From a virus, in the UHGV virus genome UHGV-0041739: a stretch of DNA of 35,963 bases; one strand, written 5' to 3'. A model generated the notes under the pieces. The model was not told the DNA's origin and made no database searches. It was given only the letters and a program-made list of their open reading frames with translations. Positions within the stretch are counted from its first letter, which is position 1. Every line of letters starts with the position of its first letter. The position numbers and the translations under genes are program-made. Positions 19,958 through 28,371 of this stretch are shown piece after piece.

Positions 19958-21309
19958 TTATTCACCTCCACATGCCCTTCCAGTACGTCAATCATCCCGT
20001 CAGCAATCGCGGCTTCAAGCGACTGTGCAGATACGCGGCTGATACTGACCAGCACATCAGCCCGGTCATTCTGCCTGCCGACTGTCTGTGATGTTCTGAC
20101 CACAATTTGGGCCGTGCCGTCACGGGTTGCCACAACGTACAGCAGCTGGTGATTTTTTCTGTCCCACAATACCGCCTGTGGTTCTGCCATCAGAGACGGC
20201 AGACGCTGTAAATCCTCTGCTTTCAGGGCAGCATCAGCAGCGGTAGCCAGACTTTCTCCATTCATCACCAGTAAACGGGCTGGCATATTCCCGGTGCGCT
20301 GATGTACGGCTTCAGCTACCGATTCCGTCATAAAACCCAGTGCCCGGATCTCACGCCCGGCGTGACGTGATTTCGCCAGACGATTAAGCCACAGGGAAAA
20401 AGCAAGCTGGCGCTCCCGGCTGTTATTCAGCGTCTGTACAACCTGCTCACGCAGCTGCGCGTCACGAACTTCCACCAGTTTTCGAATCAGCGCCTGATCA
20501 GTACCGAATGCCGCCGAACCGGGGTTATATGACCAGCCAACGTCCGGCGTCATTTTTACCCGACCGTTGTCAAACGTGGTTGACGATGTGCGGAAAATCT
20601 CTCCTGTGCTTTCATCCGTGCCGGCCTCCACTTCGCGGGTATCCATGAATGAAGCACCATAGCTGACCTGTAATCCCAGTTCTTTCATTCGGGCCGCAGA
20701 TATCGCACGAACGCGGCAGCGACAGCTCCAGCCATTGGGCGGGTAATGTGTCTGCCAGAAAATATCGTCATACCGGAAAATCATATTATGCAGCCGGGCA
20801 TGTTCCGGGCGCGTTCTGCTGTCCATAACGGCGACATACTGCCAGTACGGATACAGGTCTGCGGTATTCATCATCTGTGCATAACGTCCCGCCCCGTACG
20901 CTGTACGGGTATTGACGTTATAAATGGTTGCCAGACGACGCGGACTGCCCAGTTCGATTTCCTTCGCGTTTCCCTCTGCATCCACGATGATTTGTTTTCC
21001 CCACCATCCGAGCTTTTGCAACCGGGGAGCCAGTGTGCGGGTAAATTCCTCACGGGTGATACCCTCACTGACAGCCCGCTCCACTTCCTCACGGATTGTG
21101 GTCAGGACATCCATCCGGGCAGCTTTGGCAACGGTAAAGGCACGGGCGTGCGCGTCTGCCAGTTGTTCGTACCAGTTCCAGGTGATGTTGTAGCCTTTGG
21201 CGCGGAAATACGCGACAGCCTCCTTTGGCGGGAGGCGTGCGGCATACGCCAGATCAATGGTCTGCTGCGGCATCCAGACGCCCCCATATATCGGCAACAA
21301 AAATGGCAC
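19954..21309 (-). CDS. F: Head morphogenesis protein (Mu F-like minor head protein)
   Basis: 451 aa downstream of portal; likely true start ~21273 (MPQQ). Confidence 0.8.
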   Translation of the reverse strand: MPFLLPIYGGVWMPQQTIDLAYAARLPPKEAVAYFRAKGYNITWNWYEQLADAHARAFTVAKAARMDVLTTIREEVERAVSEGITREEFTRTLAPRLQKLGWWGKQIIVDAEGNAKEIELGSPRRLATIYNVNTRTAYGAGRYAQMMNTADLYPYWQYVAVMDSRTRPEHARLHNMIFRYDDIFWQTHYPPNGWSCRCRVRAISAARMKELGLQVSYGASFMDTREVEAGTDESTGEIFRTSSTTFDNGRVKMTPDVGWSYNPGSAAFGTDQALIRKLVEVRDAQLREQVVQTLNNSRERQLAFSLWLNRLAKSRHAGREIRALGFMTESVAEAVHQRTGNMPARLLVMNGESLATAADAALKAEDLQRLPSLMAEPQAVLWDRKNHQLLYVVATRDGTAQIVVRTSQTVGRQNDRADVLVSISRVSAQSLEAAIADGMIDVLEGHVEVNK

Positions 21310-22792
21310 GGGTCAGCATGTCGATAAGTTCTGCATCATCCATCTGCGGATATAATGAAGCGGCTTTGTTCATGGCGGCTTCCGGGCCATCTTTCAGCAC
21401 AGAAAGAATGACGGGTTTCAGCAGGGGATCAACCGAACGCTGCCAGTCTTCCGGTGAAACGCCCATCCGGTCGATATCATCCTTCTGCGGGATATCATCA
21501 GCGGATAATGCGGCCTCTTTCTGCGAACCGTTATCCGGGACAACCGGTTGTACAGTAAACACGGCTTCATCACCGACCGGCTGTGGAATATGAAGTTTTT
21601 CCTGTATCCAGGAGACCGGAATACGCATTCCTGCCGCCAGTTTCGGAATGGCGTCAGACAGTGCCGTAATATCACCCGCTTCACTGGTATCAAATACAAT
21701 GCCCGGCAGGCGGTTAATATCAATGGTGCTGTTACTGTTCAGTGCCAGCAGGGGATAGATCAAGTCACGGTTAATACTGCGGGCAAGCTGGCCCACATCC
21801 GCGTTACGGATTTCCCGGCGAACCTCGTCATGCACTTCACCCAGCGACCGCGCACCTTTATCTCCGGCCTCTGTGGTCAGGGTGCCGCCCAGAATGGCTT
21901 TTGAAATCGCTTTTTCTGCCCAGCCAATCATCGCCATAAAGGGGTCTGACTGACCATCTGCGGCGCTCTGAAAATCCAGCGTCATCCCCATCGGAATAAT
22001 GCCACCGGCACGTCGCCCGATATCCATCACGGCCTGCATCAGCGTGGCTTTCTCGCGGTTCGTGGAGCCGGTCGGATATTTACCGACGCGCATAGGGAGT
22101 CCGTAAATTTCCAGGAACTCCGCAAAATCACGCACGGAATAGTTTTTAAAAATAAAAGGCCAGATAAGCGTGCGCACAAGGCCATTGGTACCAACGTACC
22201 CGGTGCGGGATTTGGCCCGATGCATAAACCAGCCGAACGGTTGCAGCTCCAGCCCGTGATAAGACGTATCACGCAGACGTAATTCGTTCAGATTGTCGGG
22301 GTTCGCGCAGAACAGCGCCGGATCGCGATGATGCAGCGCCACCGGCACGCGCATTTTCCCAAGCCACCCCCATTCAATCTCCTGCATGGAATAACCCTTG
22401 AGAATGGCATCACCGGCATCAAACAGGGCATCTTCAAACCACGCCGCATCATGCAGATATTCATTCAGCATGTCGGCGTCTTTTTTCTCCTGTGCACTGG
22501 CATCACGTGCCGGAGCGATGCGCCATTCCAGCGCCTGAATGGCAAGGCGGCGTTTGCTCAGTTCGGAAAAAAGGTGGGTGTCCTTTTCTTCCATATCAAA
22601 GGCCAGGTCAGCCTGTGCTGTCAGATCACCGCGTTCGGCATCACGCAGCATCTGCGCGGCCCGGTTCGGCGTCACGCCACTGGAGGGATGCTCCTGTGTG
22701 CGCTTCATGACCATTGCCAGCTCATCGCTGCGGGTCTGCATTTCATCGTCAAAATCAAACGGCTGCCCGGAAATATCCAGAATACGGCCCAT
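21254..22792 (-). CDS. H: Portal protein (Mu H-like, DUF935 type)
   Basis: 512 aa; 1-nt overlap with terminase stop. Confidence 0.85.
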   Translation of the reverse strand: MGRILDISGQPFDFDDEMQTRSDELAMVMKRTQEHPSSGVTPNRAAQMLRDAERGDLTAQADLAFDMEEKDTHLFSELSKRRLAIQALEWRIAPARDASAQEKKDADMLNEYLHDAAWFEDALFDAGDAILKGYSMQEIEWGWLGKMRVPVALHHRDPALFCANPDNLNELRLRDTSYHGLELQPFGWFMHRAKSRTGYVGTNGLVRTLIWPFIFKNYSVRDFAEFLEIYGLPMRVGKYPTGSTNREKATLMQAVMDIGRRAGGIIPMGMTLDFQSAADGQSDPFMAMIGWAEKAISKAILGGTLTTEAGDKGARSLGEVHDEVRREIRNADVGQLARSINRDLIYPLLALNSNSTIDINRLPGIVFDTSEAGDITALSDAIPKLAAGMRIPVSWIQEKLHIPQPVGDEAVFTVQPVVPDNGSQKEAALSADDIPQKDDIDRMGVSPEDWQRSVDPLLKPVILSVLKDGPEAAMNKAASLYPQMDDAELIDMLTRAIFVADIWGRLDAAADH

Positions 22793-24447
22793 TACCAGCC
22801 CCCTCGTTCAAACTGGTGATAATCATCAAAATCATCGTTATCAACATCATCACCACGGTGGCGTGGTGGCAGCGCCTGTATGCTGTCCTCGTCGATAACA
22901 AAACCATTCATATAAGACGCCCTGACAGCCATACAGAGCGCCACGGCAAAGTCGCCATGTCGTCGGCCTTTACCGCCTTCATCTTTTGTGCGCCCCTTAT
23001 CAATCTGCGGAATACCTTTGTCCACCTTGATGTGGAGCAGGTCATCAAGTGTGGTCTGGTGCCGGGCAATCGTGATGTTCTGCGCTTCAAACTCGCCTTT
23101 CAGTTTTGGCATCCACTCCTGATACCAGGATGCGGTCAGATTCACACAGTCGATCATCTCCGGGCCATAAATCAGACGGGCGGCTTCTGCCAGATAACCG
23201 CCGTTACCGGTGGCATCAAATGCAGCGCCGGTAAAACGGGGCAAACGGGACAGAATGAATAAAAGGATTTGTCGCTGCTGGTCATAGGTCACATTACGCA
23301 GCTCCACGCGGAAACATTCGCGTTTGCGTAAGTCTGGAGTGATGGCAAGCGGCACAAACACCGTCAGGTCGCCACGGCGTGCAAAGTCTTCGCCCAGTAC
23401 GTGTTTATTGAGCGGTGACAGCGCATCGAGCAACGGGAGCAGCTCCTGTTCACACCAGTCCTGAACGATACCGTGGCGCATCTGCGGTGTCAGCGATTCA
23501 AAATCGTCCGGGGCTTCAAAACGCAGAACCGGGATATCCCGCGCGGGTGTCATGGCAGCTTCAATCAGGACACGGGACAGGTAAGCGCCACCGGATTTTT
23601 TGGGAATACAGCCGTATTCCTCGTCGGCGCTCTCTTTGTTCGGCGCGTTCCGGTACAGGCCATCACGCCAGGCTTTCTCCGCTTCCGGTGACCACGGCTG
23701 ATTCGTAACATAACAGATACGCCGGTACAGCCCGTCAGCGATGGCATCGTCCAGCGTGATACGGTGAACGCTGTAATCCTTGCGCCCCTCGCGTGCATCC
23801 TGAATGTACTGGTTAAACAGGTTATCGACGCCGTTATGTGTCGATATGATCCGCACGCGGGCACCCCACATGGTGAGCGCAAAGGCCGCTTTCAGGAGTT
23901 CGTCCAGGGCTTCATGAAATGCCGCTTCATCAATCACCACATCCCCCTGTAAACCACGCAGGTTAGACGGGCGGCTTGAAAGCGCCTGCACCTTAAATCC
24001 ACTATTCGGAAAGCGGATCATGTAGGTGAGGATTTCTTCTTTTTTGTCGCTGTCCCAGAAGGTCTGCTCCCAGACGTCAGCCTTTGCCAGCTGGTTAAAG
24101 GCGCGGGCAAACAGGGCACAGGCGGCGATGTATTCCAGCGCCATTTCCTGACGGGAACCCACATAAAAGACGTTGCGACCACCACGGCGACGCGGCTTTG
24201 CGGCCGTCATGACATTGCGGCCCGCTTCGGCCCATGTCAGACCGGTACGACGGGATTTTTCAGCAATGCAAATCTGGCTTTCATCCTCAAACCAGCGGCG
24301 CTGATAGCCCAGAAAAACCGGTTCATTGCGGGGCTGTGCTTCCCCGATATCGGTCACGATATTCACGCCAAGCAGTTCGGCTTCCTTACGCAGGTCGATT
24401 TTGCGGGGCGCATGAAGGGCTTTAAGTTTGCTTTCTTTGGTGCTCAC
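22792..24447 (-). CDS. Terminase large subunit (Mu gp28-like)
   Basis: 551 aa; GTG start; position upstream of portal. Confidence 0.85.
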   Translation of the reverse strand: MSTKESKLKALHAPRKIDLRKEAELLGVNIVTDIGEAQPRNEPVFLGYQRRWFEDESQICIAEKSRRTGLTWAEAGRNVMTAAKPRRRGGRNVFYVGSRQEMALEYIAACALFARAFNQLAKADVWEQTFWDSDKKEEILTYMIRFPNSGFKVQALSSRPSNLRGLQGDVVIDEAAFHEALDELLKAAFALTMWGARVRIISTHNGVDNLFNQYIQDAREGRKDYSVHRITLDDAIADGLYRRICYVTNQPWSPEAEKAWRDGLYRNAPNKESADEEYGCIPKKSGGAYLSRVLIEAAMTPARDIPVLRFEAPDDFESLTPQMRHGIVQDWCEQELLPLLDALSPLNKHVLGEDFARRGDLTVFVPLAITPDLRKRECFRVELRNVTYDQQRQILLFILSRLPRFTGAAFDATGNGGYLAEAARLIYGPEMIDCVNLTASWYQEWMPKLKGEFEAQNITIARHQTTLDDLLHIKVDKGIPQIDKGRTKDEGGKGRRHGDFAVALCMAVRASYMNGFVIDEDSIQALPPRHRGDDVDNDDFDDYHQFERGGW

Positions 24448-24501
24448 AGGTGAAAAATCCGGTATAAATTTTCAGGCTTTAATCAGTAAAAAGAGGTTGC
24501 T

Positions 24502-24687
24502 ATGAAAGAAAAGCTGACCATTGACCAAAAAATTGAGATTGCAAAAATAGCAAGTGACTTTGTTATCGCTGGCATGAATACGAATAAACAGCCAGCGTGT
24601 CTTGCCGGTTCTGATCAAAATGTGAAGTCAGAACGGGAGTTGTTAAAACATATTTATCAGTTGCTGGAGGCAATGATTACTGATTAA
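24502..24687 (+). CDS. Small plus-strand ORF (61 aa), AT-rich, antisense to the late operon; candidate moron
   Basis: AAGAGG Shine-Dalgarno 6 nt before ATG; TATAAAT -10-like element ~35 nt upstream; visibly lower GC than flanks; no recognisable family. Confidence 0.4.
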   Translation: MKEKLTIDQKIEIAKIASDFVIAGMNTNKQPACLAGSDQNVKSERELLKHIYQLLEAMITD

Positions 24688-24871
24688 TTTGTGACTCTCT
24701 GATGATCTGGCCCGCGATACGCGGGCCAACCACAATCTGCATTAACAGATACAGTGATTCGGCTTTTGTGACGATATGAATATTGCCCTCCTCAGCCAGC
24801 GCCGCTTCGACGATGGGTTTGAGTTTCAGGGCAATTTCCGCAGACGTTTTTTCTTTGGTTTCAACAGCCAT
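24677..24871 (-). CDS. Small hypothetical protein (64 aa) between the gp27-like gene and terminase
   Basis: AAAGGAG SD ~9 nt upstream of ATG (MAVETKEK...); 3' end overlaps the plus-strand ORF by 11 bp; contains GGCCCGCG-ATA-CGCGGGCC hairpin (24709-24727). Confidence 0.45.
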   Translation of the reverse strand: MAVETKEKTSAEIALKLKPIVEAALAEEGNIHIVTKAESLYLLMQIVVGPRIAGQIIRESQINQ

Positions 24872-24884
24872 TACATTTTCTCCT

Positions 24885-25463
24885 TTACGCTTTCCCCAGC
24901 AGCACATCACGGATACGCTGCTCCAGTTCTTCGCTGATGCCATCCTGCCCGCGCAGTTCTTCGCTGACAGCGTTTGCCGCTTCTTCTGCGAATGCCTGGC
25001 GGATCTCTTTCTCGCGCCGGTGGCTGGACATTGCTGTGGATTCCAGACGCTGTGCCGCCAGCATGGCGTTTTTCAGCAGTTCAATATCCACGTCATCTTC
25101 CGGTTTTTCGATTTGCCGCATCATGGCTTTAAAAAGCTGGCTGCGGGCCATTTCCAGAATCAGCTTTGTGGTTTCCCCCATTGGCTTGTCGCCAAGTTCT
25201 GCGGTCAGTGCTGACGTCATTTCACGCATCTGTCGCAGGTTATGGCCTACCTGTTCGACGTTTGTCGCGTAACGGTTCAGGCCGGAACGGGAGAGTTTCA
25301 TGTCATCAGGCAGTCCGGCATCTTCAATCAGGGCGTTAATTTCTTCCAGAATGCGGGCCTGTGGGATTGCCTTGTCACGCAGCATTTCATGCAGTGTTTT
25401 GCGCACGTTTTCCGGCAGCAAATCCACTTTTGAAGCCCGTCCCCGTGTTTTCCTGTCCATCAT
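24885..25463 (-). CDS. Mu gp27-like protein (DUF3486; putative DNA-binding packaging protein / small-terminase candidate)
   Basis: 192 aa, N-terminus ...RGRASKVDLLPENVRKTL typical of DUF3486; position upstream of large terminase. Confidence 0.7.
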   Translation of the reverse strand: MMDRKTRGRASKVDLLPENVRKTLHEMLRDKAIPQARILEEINALIEDAGLPDDMKLSRSGLNRYATNVEQVGHNLRQMREMTSALTAELGDKPMGETTKLILEMARSQLFKAMMRQIEKPEDDVDIELLKNAMLAAQRLESTAMSSHRREKEIRQAFAEEAANAVSEELRGQDGISEELEQRIRDVLLGKA

Positions 25464-25471
25464 GCCTCCGT

Positions 25472-25762
25472 TCAGAAGCGGGGACGTGGACGTTTGACAC
25501 CGGAAACACGAGCCCGGCCTTCAGCCACATCCTGACCACGGGAGGTCAGCGTCACGACATAAAAGCCGCGCAGGTTTTCCACGGTGACAAGCTGCTGTTC
25601 TGCCAGCCAGTCAATCTGACCACGAACCACATCACGTGAAACGTTATGCCCGTAAGCATCCAGGCAATCCTGCAAAATGGATTCGTTAGCCTCGTTATTG
25701 CAGTCCATCAGTGAACGCAGGATGACCAGGCGGCGATCCTGCGTCAGAATGTCGTCAATCAT
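25472..25762 (-). CDS. Hypothetical protein (Mu gp26-like position), possible winged-helix
   Basis: 96 aa, soluble, in operon with lysis/packaging genes. Confidence 0.5.
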   Translation of the reverse strand: MIDDILTQDRRLVILRSLMDCNNEANESILQDCLDAYGHNVSRDVVRGQIDWLAEQQLVTVENLRGFYVVTLTSRGQDVAEGRARVSGVKRPRPRF

Positions 25763-26058
25763 TTGTTGTTCTCTCCGAGCGCCTTTTCGAGCAAAAGCTC
25801 CAGTTGATGGGTCAGCACCTGTATGTGCCGGTTCATCGCTTTCACTTCACCATTGGTTTCTGCGGTTTGTAACCGGACAGCATGTAAATCCTGTGCACTG
25901 GGCATGTTTTCGCACTTCGTTTCAAGCGCGGTTAAACGGCTTTCGATTTGCTCCACACGTTCCGTACTGGCAAATGTACGCCTCACCGCCCACCACAAAA
26001 TGCCACCAATGGTGCTGCCACTGCCTATCGAGTAGGTCAGCACTGAATAAATATCCAC
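25759..26058 (-). CDS. Lysis-associated membrane protein (N-terminal TM plus coiled coil; spanin- or releasin-like)
   Basis: 99 aa with hydrophobic segment SVLTYSIGSGSTIGGILWWAV followed by heptad-like region; immediately downstream of lys. Confidence 0.5.
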   Translation of the reverse strand: MDIYSVLTYSIGSGSTIGGILWWAVRRTFASTERVEQIESRLTALETKCENMPSAQDLHAVRLQTAETNGEVKAMNRHIQVLTHQLELLLEKALGENNK

Positions 26059-26070
26059 ACGCTCTCCTGT

Positions 26071-26499
26071 TTACAGCCCTGACGACATACCCGGCATTAA
26101 TCCCGGCACCGGTAACACATCATCATTCAGCAGCTGATTATTACGGGGAGCGGGCACAGCACCAGAACCGGCGCTGAACATAAACACCGCCAGTGCATTT
26201 TTTTGCTCCTCTGTCAGTGGCCTGTTCAGATGGGTATTTAACGTGTCATAAACAGGCTTCAAATCTGCTTTCAACAGCATGATGCATTCACCATAGCTGT
26301 AAGGGCGTTGCTGAATATCAGGACCGTGATGGTTAAGGCAAACAGTCAGTTCGCCGTGCTGATCTGTGTATGGAAGGTACTGAACAGAAGCCAGCGATGA
26401 ATCACCATCGCCGGACAACTGCCAGCCACCACATGCCGCCAGTACCACGATGGCAAGCGTTCTGATGATGCGGGGGAGACGTTTTTTAAAATCGTTCAT
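26071..26499 (-). CDS. lys: SAR-endolysin homolog (GH24/T4-lysozyme-like fold) with N-terminal signal-anchor
   Basis: N-terminal KKRLPRIIRTLAIVVLAACGG SAR-like segment; catalytic-region motif YLPYTDQHGELTVCLNHHG parallels R21/T4L (Y.D..G..T.G.GH); position after C as in Mu. Confidence 0.7.
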   Translation of the reverse strand: MNDFKKRLPRIIRTLAIVVLAACGGWQLSGDGDSSLASVQYLPYTDQHGELTVCLNHHGPDIQQRPYSYGECIMLLKADLKPVYDTLNTHLNRPLTEEQKNALAVFMFSAGSGAVPAPRNNQLLNDDVLPVPGLMPGMSSGL

Positions 26500-26503
26500 G
26501 AAA

Positions 26504-26528
26504 CCCTCCTTCGGTAATAAAAGGAGGG
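26504..26528 (-). promoter_or_regulatory. Hairpin sequestering the lys Shine-Dalgarno (CCCTCCTT / AAGGAGGG), within the Plys leader
   Basis: Perfect 8-bp stem with 9-nt loop; downstream arm contains AGGAGG located 5 nt before the lys ATG. Confidence 0.45.
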
Positions 26529-26570
26529 TAACTCAGGGGAATTTGCAGACGGGGTTATTATTAATTAACA

Positions 26571-26590
26571 CAACCGGCCTGCACCGGTTG
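26571..26590 (-). terminator. Candidate terminator-like hairpin after C (end of middle transcript)
   Basis: CAACCGG-TGCAGG-CCGGTTG stem-loop followed by a moderately U-rich tract on the minus strand. Confidence 0.3.
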
Positions 26591-26601
26591 ATTGCTGTTA
26601 C

Positions 26602-27012
26602 TCAGAATAAATCGGGCTGATGTCGCCGTGAATGAAGTTTTCTCTGCCGGGCAATAATCTTGTAAATCTGCGGTTGTGACAGACGATGTTCACGCCGCAG
26701 CTCCTCTATGTTCCGACCGTTAAACTGGCAGTAAATCAGATCATCCCGCAACGCTGCCAGAAGTGCATCACCCCGGGGGATGTAATACTGCCGCCCCCCC
26801 AGGAACCATGATAAGGACATCACCTGTTTACGGGCTATGCTCCGTGCATCATCCACGCCCTGACGTTTCAGTTCTGTTTCCAGAACGTCAACCAGCTCAA
26901 CCAGCGCGCGGGGCCAGCGGGCCTCCTGCTCAGGAGCCGGTATATTGTCGATATGATCCATTAACTGGCTTACAGCCGGATCATGTTCAAATAAATCCTG
27001 CTGATTTGTCAT
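26602..27012 (-). CDS. C: Late-gene transcriptional activator C (Mor/C family)
   Basis: 136 aa, paralog of Mor with C-terminal HTH (QPQIYKIIARQRK); last gene of the middle operon, directly upstream of lys. Confidence 0.85.
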   Translation of the reverse strand: MTNQQDLFEHDPAVSQLMDHIDNIPAPEQEARWPRALVELVDVLETELKRQGVDDARSIARKQVMSLSWFLGGRQYYIPRGDALLAALRDDLIYCQFNGRNIEELRREHRLSQPQIYKIIARQRKLHSRRHQPDLF

Positions 27013-27022
27013 TTTGCCCCCA

Positions 27023-27148
27023 TCAGCGAAAAACTAACAGACAGATCCCCGTGACTACGGCAAGCAGTGCAATAACTGTGATACCCTTCATCACCATCAG
27101 CAACGTAGCCATGCCGGAACATTCATTACTGAATCTTCTGTACATCAT
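27023..27148 (-). CDS. Small single-TM membrane protein (Mu gp20-like, lysis-associated)
   Basis: From internal start MMYRRF...; hydrophobic ITVIALLAVVTGICLLVF; overlaps the end of the holin-like gene. Confidence 0.3.
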   Translation of the reverse strand: MMYRRFSNECSGMATLLMVMKGITVIALLAVVTGICLLVFR

Positions 27149-27525
27149 GCCTCCGCGCCAGACGGTACTGAACGTCGCAGACAGATATGGAGGCGAAAGC
27201 AAAACCATATGCTACAGAAGCCAGATAAAGCATAAATCGTGAACTGATGCGCTTCTTCTAAAAGCCCGGTTGCAATAGCCGAAAGACTTAACCCGACGAG
27301 GCCACCAAGAAAATCAATGGCATTAATAGAAGCATAACGTCGGATTTTTCCTGTCCGGGACAGATCATCAAAAATAGTGCCGGTAAAGCACAGCGCCACA
27401 CTGAAAACGGCAGCATTCCAGAACAGCAGCGCCCGCAAACCATAAAACAAGCTGATAATCAGAATCAGCGCCAGCAACATGACCGGCAGACAATTTGGTA
27501 ACAAATAACAGAAACGCTTAAACAT
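27145..27525 (-). CDS. Multi-pass membrane protein, holin-like (Mu gp19-like)
   Basis: 126 aa with three hydrophobic helices; in the middle operon between the GH108 gene and C. Confidence 0.55.
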   Translation of the reverse strand: MFKRFCYLLPNCLPVMLLALILIISLFYGLRALLFWNAAVFSVALCFTGTIFDDLSRTGKIRRYASINAIDFLGGLVGLSLSAIATGLLEEAHQFTIYALSGFCSIWFCFRLHICLRRSVPSGAEA

Positions 27526-27736
27526 GATGCTTTTCCCTGTAACGCTGGCAGTGGTGAATAATTTCTGGCATATCGACTGACTGCCAGCCTTTCATGTAAT
27601 AGCTCCCGTGGGTGCCATCGTGCCCTGTGTAATCCATTGGCTTTGGTGGTGGACCTCCGGCCTCCCGATGCAACACCTCCTGTCGTAAACGTTCGCGTCT
27701 GCCAAACCGAAAGGACGCATCCCACCCTTTACCCAT
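27518..27736 (-). CDS. Small hypothetical protein (72 aa or shorter)
   Basis: ORF bridging the GH108 and holin-like genes; His/Arg-rich; start uncertain. Confidence 0.3.
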   Translation of the reverse strand: MGKGWDASFRFGRRERLRQEVLHREAGGPPPKPMDYTGHDGTHGSYYMKGWQSVDMPEIIHHCQRYREKHHV

Positions 27737-28289
27737 GCAGAACCTCCCGGCAGGCGCTGGCGAGCAGATCCAGACGGTTAAACCAGCCGTTCAGATATTT
27801 CCCCTGCGAGGCACTGGATTTGATAATCCCTGCGTAATAGCGGGAACGACGCAGGAAACACTGCAACAGCAGCCAGTCAGTATCGGCACGCAGTACGGCT
27901 GCGCGAGTGTTTTTGCCGACGATGCCATCATCATCAACACCTGCTGCCGCCTGGAGGATTTGAATTGCGCGTTTAACACCGTGCTGAACGGCAGCATCAA
28001 AGACGAATAAGGAAACACCATCAGGCCATTCGTTACACTTTGCCGCCAGCCAGTAATCACGCCAGTAGATTTGCGCCGCCTGCTCGTGGGTTAAATCTTT
28101 AATACGGGTATCAGGCTTCCCGTCACCGTTAACATCGGTTTTGCCATCAATAACGCCGTCGCGACGGTCAGAAATGCCGTATTTGGTTTCGCCGCCACGG
28201 TCAGTGGGATCATTAACGTAACCACCTTCAACATCAGGCCGTATAACAAAATTCAGCGAATGAAGGAATGCAGGGGAAAACTCAGGCAT
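27729..28289 (-). CDS. Peptidoglycan hydrolase-like protein, GH108 N-terminal domain plus PG_binding_3 C-terminal domain
   Basis: Motif VEGGYVNDPTDRGGETKYGIS matches the GH108 signature (EGGY.NDP.D.GG.T.YGI); C-terminal ...FVFDAAVQHGVKRAIQILQAAAGVDDDGIVGKNTRAAV resembles PG_binding_3. Likely start ATG at 28289 with AGGAGGG SD. Confidence 0.7.
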   Translation of the reverse strand: MPEFSPAFLHSLNFVIRPDVEGGYVNDPTDRGGETKYGISDRRDGVIDGKTDVNGDGKPDTRIKDLTHEQAAQIYWRDYWLAAKCNEWPDGVSLFVFDAAVQHGVKRAIQILQAAAGVDDDGIVGKNTRAAVLRADTDWLLLQCFLRRSRYYAGIIKSSASQGKYLNGWFNRLDLLASACREVLHG

Positions 28290-28336
28290 GTTGCCCTCCT
28301 GTAATGAACGTTTTATCGTCACAACAGAATATTGAG

Positions 28337-28365
28337 GGCGTAAAAAAAGCCGGATTAACCGGCTT
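28337..28365 (-). terminator. Intrinsic terminator after mor (end of early transcript); middle promoter Pm expected in this gap
   Basis: Minus strand AAAGCCGG-TTAAT-CCGGCTTT followed by TTTTTTT; located between the mor stop and the GH108 gene start. Confidence 0.6.
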
Positions 28366-28371
28366 TACTGT

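Noticed and set aside
26071-26499. Lipoprotein (o-spanin) interpretation of the 142-aa ORF because of the LAAC lipobox-like motif
   Set aside because: The downstream lysozyme-fold motif (Y.D..G..TVC...HG) argues for a SAR endolysin whose signal-anchor merely resembles a lipobox; kept as endolysin, with the missing Glu flagged separately.
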